Shown one piece after another: positions 14,717 to 28,250 of a DNA stretch of 64,000 nt. The stretch comes from Lama guanicoe. Its lineage: Eukaryota. The notes under the pieces were generated by a model. The model was given only the letters and a program-made list of their open reading frames with translations. It was not told where the DNA came from and did not search any database. The stretch spans positions 2,755,567 to 2,819,566 of the forward strand of contig MU053629.1 of assembly GCA_013239625.1 (NCBI GenBank). The letters are read 5' to 3'. Numbering within the stretch: position 1 is the first letter of the stretch; each line of letters begins with the position of its first letter. The position numbers were made by a program, and so were the translations under genes.

Positions 14717-17700
14717 TATTGTTGAGGAAAAGTAGTAAAATCTTGAGTGAAAAGTGCTGAGAGTTTATGGAAGAGCATGGTGGGATGGGGAGGTGGGGGC
14801 AGGGGCTGTCTCCTCCAAGAGGGTAGCCATCGTCCCACGGAGAGGCAAAGGCTCTAAGAATGAGTGGTAGAGCCTTCTGGAGAAGTGGATAAAGACACAA
14901 TTTGCAAGGGCTGAATGGAGAGAGGGTCAGTGCAGGGGGAAGTGGGTAGCCGGGTATAAACCAGAGTTTGCTTCTATTTAACTTCTGCCTGGGGGCTTCA
15001 CCGGGTCCCCAACAGGCGAGCTGTCAGTTGGAAGAAGCCATTGGGTAATTGAGGCCTTGATTTCTCTAGTAAAATGTTTATGAAGCCCATAAACTCATGC
15101 CTTTATGGGCCAGGCTCATTCCAGGGGATGGATGTGGCTCTCCAAGGTGTAATTAAAGCACCTGCTGAACTCAGACACCCGATGGCTACTCTGGCCTCCA
15201 CCCAGACCCACCAGGCAGAGTGACCCCTGGGGGGCAAGAAGGCCAGCCAAGTCCCACCCCGTATGCTCTTTAAACTCTGCAAAGCACTTACAAATGTCCT
15301 ATCTCTACACGTGCATGGGAAGGAGGGAGATGATGGCAGAGGATCGAGTCCTGGGAGGCTGGCGACAATGGCGATGATGGTCTTGTCATCAGGGTTTTCT
15401 GGCCCAGGCTCAGCCTCCCCAACACTCTGTCCAAGTCAGTCTCCCCAGTATCTGGGTCCCCACCTTGCCCTTGACTTTGGCTCTGTTAGGGAAGAACCCC
15501 CATACTGATTGGCTGTTGACATTTGGGGTAGGGGAAAGTATAAACTCAGAAGACCTGTATTCACTTCTCTGGGCCTCCAACGGGAAGTCTGAAAGCCGAA
15601 TTAAGGTTCTGAATCCAAAGAGTATGGGGTTTTTTTGGTGGGGCAGGGGGAAAGCAATGTGTGGGGTTTGGGTGTTGGATGGGTGTGGGTGGATGGGGAC
15701 TGCGATGGCTCAGAGGCCCTGCTCAGCTTCACTTGGGGGTGATTGATTCATCTGAGCATTTGCCTGGTGACCCTGCTCTGAGAAGCCTCTGGACCCTTTT
15801 GTCTGCCTCCACAAGCCCCTTCCCCCTTTCCTTACCATAAATCCATGTCTCTCCCCTCCCTCCTGGCAGCCACCTCTGACAAATGGGGTTGGGGGGGAGG
15901 TGGGGGACAGTGGGGAGCCAAACTCAGCTTGGGAAAGTCCCTGCATCCAGCTGTTGGCCCACTGTAGGCTGGCCAGCATCGAACCTTTCCGGCTTAATCT
16001 TTTATTCCAATGGAAGGTAAGGCCCCCTGGAGGCACAGCTGCAGGGGAGGCAACCTGGAGGTCACCACGCTGGGCTTTTACAACCTAAGGAGAATAAAAC
16101 CTCTCAAAGCCCTATTTTTAATTATTCAGCCCACAATTCGGAGGCTCCACTTCTTCCTCTAGATCAAGCCATGAGTGCCCCTTCCCTCCCCTGCCTCCAG
16201 CCTGCCGTGGAGGGTGTGAAGTGTGCCTGCGGGAGGATGTGCTGAGGGACACAGGTGATGAGCCTGCCTGCTGTGGCACACTGGATGTGCCACCAGGTGG
16301 GTGTGCCCCATGGCTTTCCGTGTGGCCCCTGCACAATCAGGGGAGGGGAAAGGGGGAAAAACTATCACCTACTCCATGTGAACACCCTACCTACCCCACT
16401 GCTAGGTTTTCAAAAGCAGTCCCAATTTCAAATATTTTGCCTTATTCTCATCCCACATATCAGGCTAAGTCAGAGGATGTGCCCTGGTTTGGGGTTTGAG
16501 AAAGTCATCTGTCTTATTTACACACCCCCCCCACTGTATCAACTCTAAGCATTCTTTCAACAGATACTGACTGACTGCTAATGTGTCCCAGAGGATGTTC
16601 TGGCATCCCAGGAGCAAAGGCCCTCCACCCCACAGGCCCTGTCCTTAGATTTTTCACCCAAGCTCCTAAGAAATATCAGAAGGATGAAAGTATGAGGGCC
16701 AAGACCTTAGGTACTAGCATAGTAATAACATCCCTGAACAACAGACACCTGCAGAAGCCACTGATGGTCAAAGGTAACATATTATATCAGTATAACCCTG
16801 AAAGGAAGGGAAAGAAAGGAGCCTTCTGAGGCTCAGAGAGGTTAAGTAACTTGCTTAAGGTCACACAGCCATTTCAGGATGATCACACATTAACATTTAA
16901 TGATGCTGAAGCCAGCACTTGAACTTAGAGTGGTCTAACTCCAAATCCAGTACTCTTCCTGCATCACAGCTGTGAGACACACACACACATTCGAATGCTG
17001 CTCAAACATGACAGATCGTACCTGCAGACACTGGCACAGAAAAATCACAGAGGCACACAACATCCTAGACCCTTAAGAGCACCATGCTGCCTCATATTCA
17101 GAGACACCCAGGACACAGCGGGCTTCACTTGAACTGAATTCCCCCAGGGTTTGAGGTAGGTTTCATAGAGTGTAACTGATGGAGATAAGCACTGTGATAA
17201 GGTGGTGTTATTACCCCACTAATGGTCACTGAGCCCACACATTTCCTAAATTCTGTTAACACAGATGAATAAACAACCCAGACGCTAGTCCCCAGGTGAG
17301 CATTTACAAATTGGCAAGCCAGGAAACCAAGCTGCCAGGATGAGGCCTGGAGGGTTACACTGTCACCTGTAGGGCCTTATAAAATAGAGAAGCGATTTAT
17401 TTTCCTGCTCTCGCAGGGGGAGGACAAAGCATTGTGAGATGCTAGCGGCTTCCATGGGGTGAGTGGGGGTGTGGAGGGGAGGTGGACGCACTAAAGGAAA
17501 AGGTAGCAGTGAATGACTAAGTCCTTTTCATAACTGGATGTATGATCCGGATTTTAAAGCCAAAGCCCCTCTCTGGGCCTCTGTTTCCTCCTCTGTAAAA
17601 TGGGGGAGTTGAGTTGGACAAGTTATAAAGCCTCATCCGGCTGTAGCCTTTGAGGCACATCTGCTTCCAAGCACCAGCCCAGGGTGCAGGGTCAGGGGCT

Positions 17701-19579
17701 GGGAGGTGCCTTGGGACGCTCTCTCTGCCTTAGACTTGAAAATGTCCAGGCCCAGCAGAGCCCCTCTGCACAGACTGCACGTCTCCGCCCGTGTCAGGGT
17801 CACCAATCTTCCTTATGTAAACCTGCCTGGGCCCACAACATCCTTAACTTCCGTCATTCTGGTCAGGATACCGGATCTCCCTCACCTCCCGGAAGGGCGT
17901 CTGGTTAGGGGGGCCCAGGCTGGAGCTATTAAGTAAATTGCTTTCACATGACCATGAGGACAACTCAACAAAAACAGATACTTCCCCCAAATTTCCAGAA
18001 CCATATACTAGGATTTGCAGGGACTAATATAGTAGGGGTTAGGTAACGGAGAGCTGATTTGGGATCATGCCTGGCTCTGTCAAAGACTCCCTATGTGATC
18101 TTTCAATTCCAACCCTGGTTTTCTCATCTGTAAAATGGGAGTAGAGGAGGACAGACAAGGCAATCCCTAAGGTCCATACCATTAAGATTCTAGGATAACA
18201 CTGGGTAAACTGGGTCTCTCTCTATCCATGAAAGGACCCTGTCCTATAGCTAAACTTGATCTGATGCTGCACTTAACCTCTCATGGCTCTGCAGAATCTC
18301 TAGCAGCTCAACACTGAACCACAACAGTTTAAGGGGCCTGCAGGCCTTCCAACCCTTCCAGAAGAAGCCTTAGCTGTTTGGGGGTGGGGTGGGGTGGAAG
18401 AGGGAGGCCTACATTCCATGGGAGGGTCATGGAGTTTCTTGGTTGGATAGGGCTTACAACTCTCGGAAGTAGACTGATTTGGGGAACCTCACTGCTGCCG
18501 TCTAGTGGTCGGAGGTCTCCTAAAGCCCTAGGAATCATCTGTAGAGCGTTTCAAAGGCTTTCTATTAAATTCAGTGGAATCACCACACTCACGCATAACC
18601 GCTTCCTTTTCCTGTGACTCTTATCAACAGCCTCATCATATACCAACTGTGAAAGCTGAAACAAACCAAGGGCTCTCTTTCCCAGCCTTCTCCCTCTCCC
18701 CACCGCAGCTAGCTGGTCACCAAATCCTGGTCTACCCTTCCTTTTCCATCCCATTGCCTTGGTTTAGGCTCTTAACCACTCTTAGCTGTTTCTGCAATAG
18801 CTTTCCCCCCTCTAGCCTTCCCACTTCCAGTCTTCTCTCCCTCCCCTTCTTCCCCCATCCTGAAGCCATAATTATCCTCCTGAATATCCAATGTGATCAT
18901 CAGACCCCTTTGGTGCTTCTCCACTGCCTTGAATCAAGCTACTCTCCTTGGGATGGCATTTAAGGTCTCCATTATTAGGTCCTATTTCATCTTTCCAGCT
19001 TCAAATGCAGCTAATTCTCTCTTCATGTGATTTGTACTCTGACCATGTGAGACAACTTTGCCTTCCCATCACGGATGTTCACGCTTGTATTTCTTTACTT
19101 CTGCTGTCCCTTTTCTACTAGCATCCTATCTTCCACATCCCACAAAGGAGGCAGAATTAATTCCTGCCTTTAATGTGCCTCTCTCCTAGCCCTTGTCAGA
19201 CTGTCTGGGAGTCAGCTGCTCACACTTCACTCACCTACTAGCCTGAGTTTCTTTCGTTCTCTTCCACCCAAGTCCCCACTGTCTATTCTTGGGCAAGTTA
19301 CTTCCTCTACCTGAGTCTCAACTTCTTCAATGAAATGAAGGACTTGGACTAAGCACCCCTTCCGCGCTTCTCAAACTTGGCTCTGTGTCAGAATAATCTA
19401 GGATGCTGGGCAGCAATACAGATTTCCTCACTGCACTTGCCAGAGTTCAGATCCCTTGGCCCGGCGTGGTGCTTAGGAATCTGCATTTATGTGAAAGCGC
19501 ACGAGGCTGCCTCATACGCAGAGCCAGAACTGGGAACCCCTGGGCTGCCAAGTTCTCGAGAATCCTAATCTTCTCTCAG

Positions 19580-20480
19580 GCTCCAGCGTCCGACAGGGGC
19601 AGGTTCTCAGCCCAGCCCCGGAGCAACGAGGCCGGCTGGTCCGGGCAGTCTGACTCCAGTGCCCGAGGCGCGGAGCGGGCAGCGGGGCGGGTGGAGGCGC
19701 ATGTGCGAGCCCGGCCCCCGCGGGGCCCCAGTTCAGGCATTCGGCTGCGGGGCGGGGTCAGGGCCCCGAGCCTGGGGCCCTGAGAGCCGCTCGCTCGGCG
19801 GCAGGAGTAAGTGGGACCATCTGCTCCACTCCGCCGAGGTCAGCGCTTTGTGTCAAGCTCCCACCCCCCTCGCTCCTCCCCCAGCCTTCCCCTCTTCGCC
19901 CTTTGACTCCCGGGACTCGAAAGAAAAAAGCGCTTGAGACCCTGACGAAAGTGCGAGTGTGACGGGGGGCGACAACGGCCGCCGGCCGGAGCTCGGGCCC
20001 GGGCGCCGGCCGAGGGCGCGGCGGGGCGGCTGCCGGCCGGGGGAGGGCCGGCTGCGTCCCGGCGCCCCGACCGCAGGGCCCGGGCCGAGCCGGCGGGGCG
20101 GCTCCCGGGGGAGGCGGCGCCGGTTCCCACAGCCGGCCGGGCCGCCGGGCCCCTTTGAAGTGGCCGCAGCTGCACACCCCGACCCGCGGCTAATCCCTGC
20201 CGACGCGGGCGTCCTCGCCCCCCCGCATAGCAATAGTGTCCGCGCTGAATGGCGCTGGCTAATTACCTCGCTCGCACCGCCGCGGGTGAAAGAGAGAATC
20301 CGGCATTGTGCGCGGCGAATGGAGAAAATAAGACAGCCATTGTCCTCGCACGCCAAACGAGGGTTTGATGTCGCTGGGGCGAGCGAGGCACCATTTCCCG
20401 CCACCCCCTCCCCCCGGCGGGGCAGATTCCCCAGCTGGGCCGGGGAAACTGAGGCAGGAGTTCCCGTCTCCCCGGGGGGT
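19580..20480. promoter_or_regulatory. Intronic CpG island (IGDCC3 intron 2)
   Basis: Dense CpG over ~900 bp; no IGDCC3 exon inside. Confidence 0.85.
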
Positions 20481-20518
20481 GGACTGCCCCGGGGCTCCCC
20501 TCTCCACAAGCAGGCTCA

Positions 20519-20632
20519 TTTTTTTTCCTTTTTAATTTCTGTTGAAATACAGTCAGCTTACAATGTTGTGTCAATTCCTGGTGTAGAGCAAAATGTTTCA
20601 GTCATACATATACATACATATATTCGTCTTCA
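20519..20632 (-). mobile_element. Short L1 3'-end fragment
   Basis: T-tail followed by GTTGAAATACAGTCAGCTTACAATGTTGTG..TTCAGTCATACATATACAT. Confidence 0.65.
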
Positions 20633-23600
20633 TAGTCACCACCAGCAGATTCTTAGGGGCACCTCTTGTGGTCGCCCGGTTCGATCCCTGACTCAGAAAA
20701 AAACAGGCGCGGCCTGGCTTTCAACGGCCTAATGAGATTTCGTTGGGAACACAGGAAACAATGGGAGGAGTCGGGAATTTATTTCCCTCAGTGCCCAACT
20801 GTGTGCCACCAGCTGAAAGGGCTGGAGAAGGTCAGGGTATGGCCCGGAGAGACGTGAGGAGAGGAGCAGGGCCCTGAAAAGAAGGGGACGGGAAATGGGG
20901 AGCTGGGGGGAGCCTGGACTGAAGAAGGGACTGGCATGTTCAGGGAGGAAGAGGGAAATGGTTGGAAAGGGGACGTCCAAATTATCTAAAGTCTGCAGAG
21001 CCAGGTGTCAGCCTTCAGATGTAATGGCAGAAGCACAGAGGCCACTGCTCTGAGGCAAGAAAGATCCCGAGGAGAGTGGTGGATGGATAGGAAAGATTGG
21101 AGTTCCAACTTTGTGCAGGTAGAAACTGACTCATTATCAGAAACCAGACTAGCCTGGGGCATTTCCCTTTTTTCTTGTATGAGGATGTAATAGAACTCAA
21201 CTTAGAAATCAGCACTCAAGCATCACAGTGCAGATGGACAAGTTGATGATCACTGTGCATTCAACAGATTCCCAGATTCTGTGCTTTATCTGGCTGCAGT
21301 CTCTTCACCGCCACCACCCAGTAAGTTTGCTTTTTGGCCGGGTGGGAAGAAGAGATTATGTCCTTCAAGATCAGGAGGTATCTTATCTTTCTATCCCTCA
21401 GAGTACACAACTCAGAGGCAAGTATCAGGGCAGATGCTCTTTGAAATTTGTTGACTTGAGAACTGACCTGCTTTTATATCCTTCGGTTCCATGTATCCTT
21501 TTCCTGGAAGTACAGACTTCCTAATCCTTTCTGATGGGTTCTTAGATTATTTCTGCCTAGAGGAAGATTGTTGTACAGAAGATCCAATGTCCTATCAGGC
21601 TTATCAAGTGATAAAAAGGTCTCAGATCGACAGTAGGCTGTCGGGCTGACCCAGGATCCCTGAGCATATGATGCATATTACAAAGCTTTTTCTGAGGCAT
21701 CCATCTTTTCTAATGTCCATGTCACCACAACTAGACAATAAGCCTTTTGTGGGCAGCCCATAACCAAACTCTTAAACAGGATCATCCATCTTAACCACCC
21801 ATCCATCTGTTTATCTGAGAATAAAATTAAAGAATGGACAACACTTGTTGAGAGACAATGAACGGCAGCCAAAATTGTTCCTTGTTTTGACTGATCAACC
21901 ACATTTGACGTTACCAAGCACTAACTGTAACAGTGATACAGGAAAAGCGTGCTTTTTAAAGGAGAGAAAAATCTAAGTATAGCTCATTGTTTGTCTGAGC
22001 TGATCCTGAGTCAAGGTTTAATCTAACCCCAGTCATAACCTCCAATATGATCATAATGTTTTTCTTTATAATTCTCCTAAATCTTCGTCTTAGAGTCATA
22101 TTTCTTCTGCCTAACGCTTTAGAACCTTAAGCCCCCTTGGCATCACAGCACCTGCTGCTGCAGAGCGACTCCCCCGCATTCTACTTGGTTAGTTGATCTG
22201 CTCAGTTAGTTGGTTTAGAGAACTTCAAAACAAAACAAAAAGCTAGAGCTGCGGAGGGGATAGATGTAGGACGCCTGGAGCCCCACCGTCTGGCTTCCCT
22301 CTTTCCTCCACCTCCAGCCCCTCAGCCCCCTCTACAGAACCAAGGACTCTAAGGAATGATGCTTAAAGTCCCCTGATCTAGAGGAAAAAGGGAATTATCC
22401 AAGCAAACAACAGCTAGTTCGTAGTAGATCAAAGATCATTCCAATGCTGTACAGGCCACTAGTTTCATTTTACAAGACTAAAAGAACCATTCAACAGAAA
22501 CTACAAAAATAATTGTTACTATGTATTACTGTATGTGTGCCTTTATGGTTTGTCCAGATTTCAGCAAGAGTGCCTGAATGCCGAATCCCCAGAATATTAT
22601 ACTTGGGAACTGATCCACTACTCAACAACATGAGGTGCCTCCAGGCCCAAATTAGAGATTCAATGCTTTTAACTGAAAAAGTGCTTCTTAAAGGAAGCTT
22701 ATTTCTCCTCATATCTCTTCTTTCCCCAAACTCTTTCCCCATAAATAACTAAAACTAATGCTCCATGGGTGAATATTTTGAGAAGAAGATAATGAGTCTA
22801 ATAATGAGTGTTTTTTCTTTTTCTCCCCTTATGCATTTCCACAGCATCATGCATTCACAAGATGCTTTGTTATCATGGTTATAACTTTTCAAGATAATAG
22901 GAAGGTAGGCATGCACATTCAGGGATAGTCTTTCCAAAGAGGGGTACTTCCTAGCATGGAACTGGCCTTTTAGCTCTTCTTGAGGTGAGACCAACGGTCT
23001 GGCATCCTGGGTCTCTCTCTAGCTTGCCTGGAAGGGTGTCCCACCCTGAGGTGACTAAGTACCTTCCCTGGGATGGCAGACTGGGGTCTAAACTCCCCAG
23101 GCCAAGTGCTTCCTACTCAGCACTCAGTCATGGCACCTGCCGCTCAGTCCCATCCTGATCGTCCCCCGAGCTGGCCAGCAGCAGAGGAACCTTGGAAAAA
23201 GGGTGTTCCAAGGAAGGGAACAGAACAGGGAGATAGGGGTGCCCTGTAAGACCAGAAGAAGGTAGATTAGGAGAGTCAGGATGCAGTTAGATGCAGACAT
23301 GGCCACTCTCAGCTTCTGACAGGAGGGGCTCAGAAGCCTGCAGAGAATGGCTTAGGTAAAACTCCCCTGTAGGCCCTTGGCAGGTAATATCTGACTCAGC
23401 TTTATCTGCCCTCCCCCAGCCCCAGGCTGTTGAGCTCCAGAGGGTGAGTGTGCCTACCACAGCAGGTAGGACATAAGTGCTGTGTTCCTACCCCTCCTTT
23501 CATACACCCCGTTCTCACACCTCCCCAGGCAAGCGCTGGGTTCAGCACTGAGGATGCACAGAGGAGCAAGCCCCTCCCCTCAAGGAGACTGCAGACCAGC

Positions 23601-24714
23601 GGTAAGGACAAGCTTATACTCACTGTCCCGAACAGACTGTGTCTTTTGATTCTCCCCACCCCACCCCCCAAAAAGCAAAGCTGGGCATACAGCCCGATGA
23701 ATCCTTCTCGAACTGATGTAATAAAAGCTAGATAGCTTTATTTCAGAAAAGCCTTGATCCCATCAACCTTACACTTAACAGCTTGCTTGTAATGATCTTG
23801 ATTTTGTCACAGTTCGATGGGAAAATGACTGATTTGAGAAGCAAAATCAGAAACACAGGAGAGCAGGAATATCAAACAGGCTCAATCCTGAGGCTCATTC
23901 GATGTGATATCATAATTGGTCTTCTGAAATCAAGAATATTCTAATCCAGTCTTCAAGTGGGACTAATTTCGACAGGGTTTCTCTGAGGTACTTGAGGTCT
24001 GGCATACAATTTTAAGAGACCTCAAAAAATTAGGGTGAAGGGAATTATTGCAGAAAGAGGGTGACATTCCATATAATCCGGAATGTAAGAGACAAAACAG
24101 AAATAACCTACAAGGGGTGGGGGTCAGGAAAAAAACAAGCCAGATGTGAAGATGGCAGAAAAAGATCCAAGTATTGTTTATTACAAGCCAAATACTGGGT
24201 TTCAGCTTTCTACCATCCTGGCTCTGAAGTCAGAGCCCAAATTCCATTTGGCCAAACAGCACATTGGAGGGAGCATCTGATCACCTTCTGTTCCAGTTCT
24301 GTACACCCAAGACTTGGGGTAAGGCCCTCTCTCGGGATCTCAGCTTCCACAGCAGTGATGTGAGAAACTTAGGGGTAAGAAGGTGGGGGAGAGGGGAGGG
24401 GAGGGTCAGAGTCAATCCCCAAAACCTAAAAAGCTCCCCTCTCCCTATTCCTGCCTGCCCCTGGGGTGAGCGCACTCCCAAGCACTGTCAGAGCAACCAG
24501 CACCCATCTCTGTGTTCCATCTGTCATTCTATGATGCCTCTGGGACCCTCTCTGCTTCCTTTCCCTAGTAGAGCTGGCCTATTCAAAAGTTTGCCCACAA
24601 ACTTTTGTTTAGCTCCATCTCCTTGTCAGAAATTCTATGCCCCAAGCCTACTGGGGGGAAGGGGACTGGGAACCCAAGACCTCCACTATCCTGTTCCATT
24701 TTGCTCCCCAAGGC

Positions 24715-25340
24715 CAGTTCGAGGCTCCCGGTTGGTGGCGGCGAGTTCCCGACTTACCAAGTGAAGGCCAGGGAAGCAGTGACCCCGAGGCACCATGCAG
24801 GAGCCCCCGTGAGGACACACGTGCATTCGCAGACAACAGATACACTCAAACACTTGCACACGCACACACGTTCTCACCCCTACACAGACAAACCGGGGTG
24901 CGGTGACTTGACAGCCTCGCGCCCGCGCGGCGCGGGGTTAATTGAACGCACATCGATTCTGCTGCGCATCAGCCAGACTGGCCCAGGCCGGCCGCGCCTC
25001 CCGCGAGAAGCGGCCGCGCTTTGTGCTGGAGGTGGAGGAAGGGGACGTCCGTTTTCCCCAAGGGAGGCAGATCCTTTGCGGAGCCCGGCTGCCCCAGGTC
25101 TATTCTCATCCCACCGTGATCGGCCGCCCCGGGGGGGAGAGCAAGTCCCTGCGCGGGGACGGCGTGGCAGGCGACACGGCTCCCGGAGCGCGCGGGGACT
25201 GGCGAGCGCCTGGCTGCCACACCCCCCGGGGCCGCGCCCCTGAGCCCCAGGGACCCGGCCGGCTGCTTCCGACACGTGCGCCGCCGCTGCCGGGAGGCAG
25301 GCGGGAGGCCACCAGGCCCGAGGGGAACGTCAGAGGATGA
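24715..25340. promoter_or_regulatory. Second intronic CpG island (IGDCC3 intron 2)
   Basis: Dense CpG over ~600 bp. Confidence 0.75.
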
Positions 25341-28193
25341 GGATGACAAGAGAACTTTGCGGCAGAACTTTGATCCTGACAGTTGAAAAAGGAGGAGGCC
25401 ACGCCCAGCGCTCCAGGAGTGAGGACTGGGCGAGGGGGATGCAGGAGAGCGCTAGAGCGAGCCTTAGGGGTAGACGGGAGAGTTGGGGAGGAGGGAACCG
25501 TGTTCAAGCCAAAACAAGTCAGTGTCTCAGAATTTTAGGGGACTTCAGGAGTCTCGTAATCTGGTCCTCTCCATGCTACCTTCCACCTATGAGGAAACAG
25601 GTCCAGGAAGTGACTTTGTGGGTCCAAAGTCAAACAGAGATGAGCTGAATATTTACATAGTAAAAGCAGCTTCTTGCTGAAGTGGGAGCTGGGGAGGGCA
25701 CAGAAGTCATGGTGTCGAGTCCAAGCTCCTCCCATGACCCTCAAATAATGATGGGGCCAGAGGAGATGTCCCTTCCAAGCCAGTCCAAGCCAGGTATCTT
25801 CCCTGGAGCCCTGTCTCCAGGACTGAGCACAACCAACCCCCACCCCCAGCTTCTATGCCCTGGGGACACCAACGCCCTCTGAAACCTGAATAAAGGGTGC
25901 CTCCACTGGTGGATGGGGGTCCGGGGGCAGAACCCTATACTCTCCAGATGCCTGGACCCTACTCATCATTTCCCCTTCCAAAGACAGGCAGGGCAGCATT
26001 CACTCCCATTTCCCACAAAGACAAACTGAGGGCCGGCAGCTTGAAGGGAAGGAGGAAGCCTGAACCCAGATCCAGCCCTCAGTGCAAGTCTATCTGTGTC
26101 TGTCATTACCTCGGGCTGCCTCAGGGTGTCTATAGTCCCACCACCAGTCCCACAGCAGCAGTGAGTGGGGTTCTACTACTGATAGGGTTTGGGGATGAGG
26201 TCTAGGTTGTCCCTGATTTCTCCCCGGCAAAGTGCGGGCTCTTTGCAGACACAATCCCAGGTGGGAAGGGGCCAGATTGGGAGGAGGACGTGGAGGCATG
26301 TCTGTGGCAGGCAGGGCCACAGACCAGGGCATATGCCACGGGAAAGAGCCCCCTGAACCACGCCTTCAGGTAGGGATGGGGGCACGAACCAGGACCTTCC
26401 CCAGAAGTCAGGTTGCTGAGAGGATGAAGAGACACTGAGCACCCAGGGCTGCTGCTGGATCCCAAGGGGGCCTGGGCTGATGCTTTCCCACCCCATGTCC
26501 CACCATTCCTGGTTCTCACCCAGAGACCCAAAGTCTGCCCTGTTCTAGGGACTCTAGCACTAAGTGCCCCACTCCCCTTGCCAGTAAGGTCCCCGTGCTG
26601 TGCCCTTCCAGCAGGCACAGCCTGCCACCGCCCCCCCTCCGCAGTGCTGCTGGGTTTATCAGGAAGCCTGCCATCCAACACGTTGCTCAGTGGGGGCCAA
26701 GAAGGCAGACCCCTTACCCAGCTTGGGGTGGCAGAGTCTCCCGGCCACCACAGCAGGCAGGGACTGTGGTCTGGGGCGGGGGGAGGGTGCAGGTAACTCT
26801 ATGAGGCCTTAGGCCACCTTGCCCAGGCAAGGGGACAGCACAAGGACAATCAGCAGCCTGGCTCCTCCATCCTCTGGGCTGATTATGGCTCTTCCCTACT
26901 ACCCCTCCCCCCCCCTCCCCCTGAACCCCTGGGGAGAAGGATCCTTCTCAGTCACACCAGTTCCTCTCCTGTGATTTGTTCTGAATTTTCAAACAAAGAG
27001 TAATTATGACAGATGTGGAGCAATCAGCGTCATTATGCTGGAAACAAGAAAGGGAAAGGGAGCTGAGGGGGCCCCAGGGGGGAGGGGAGCTTGTCTTTCC
27101 TCCTCAGAAGAAGCCACGCCCCCTCTACCTCCAGCAGCCCCAGTACCCTCCCAGCTTTCTCTCCTGTACCCAGCCGCTCTGCCCAGCCTCACAGGTAGGA
27201 CTTCTCTCTGCAGAGCGTCCCAGCAGAGCATCCCAGCCTAACTGGCCCTCCGGATTCTTCCGGGGCCTCCAGCAGCAGCTGGGGGTGGGGAGCGTGGAGC
27301 CCTGCCCCGCACATCAGGAGTGGCTCCCACTGTGGCCAGAGTTCTAAGCTGTTCTCTGCTCCCCAACACTCCCCTACACCCACCCTGCCTGTGCCCAGGT
27401 ACCAGGCTCTATTTCTGAGGCAGAAATACTGATTATGTTCTCAAGGGACTCTAGCCCCTTCTAAGGACACTCAAGCCATTGAATGTGGGGTGGGGCAGAC
27501 CGGGTTTAAAGCCCCGCTTCTCTACGCACTGTGTACCCTTGGGCAGGTGAATTAACCATTCTGGCCTTCTGTTTACTCGTCTGTAAAACAGGACTAGTAA
27601 TACCTAGTAACGGAAATGTGGGAATTAAGTAAGTTAGCAGATACAGGGCTTACCAGGACTACTTCCACTGTTACTAGTTAGTTCAGCACCAGTGCCAGCA
27701 CTTAGGTAGCCCTCAAACCACTCAGCTCAGCACCCGGTGTGATTTGCAAACTCAGAGGCCCTTGGAAATGTGCCATGGATCTTGGCGCCCACATCCAAGA
27801 TTTGCTGGTTAACACAACCAGAACTACAACCACAGACAAAGCCTGGGGCAGGGCAGGATACAAGAAGAATGGAAATAAATGTGCTAGTCTGCCCAAGAGC
27901 AGTGATGCCCTGGGGAAGGCAAGAGGCACGAGGAACTCCGGAGGCTCTCTTACCTGCCCAGGCTGGAGGACCAAATACATCCCTGGGCAGGTGACCCCCT
28001 TGGGGCCTCAGTTTTCAAGTCTATAAAATGAGAAGGTGGAACCAGCTGAGTTCCAAAGTTTCCCCCATAGTCTGGATGCCTGTGATCCTACTTAGAGGCT
28101 GGGAAGACCTCCAAGGTCCTAGGTGGACTGGGAATTTCAGGATTCTTTTGCAGTAGCTGGCCACTCAGTGAAAGGGCCGGCAGGCCTGGGTTC

Positions 28194-28196
<3 letters not shown>

Positions 28197-28247
<51 letters not shown>
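28197..28247. repeat. (CT)n microsatellite
   Basis: Seen directly. Confidence 0.95.

Positions 28248-28250
<3 letters not shown>

Noticed and set aside
17152..17159. Another TGAGGTAG let-7 seed match
   Set aside because: Intronic, not in mature mRNA, and no let-7 precursor hairpin around it.
19758..20732. 257-aa and 218-aa ORFs in the intronic CpG island
   Set aside because: GC-content artefact; the longer one runs into an L1 fragment; no recognisable domain.
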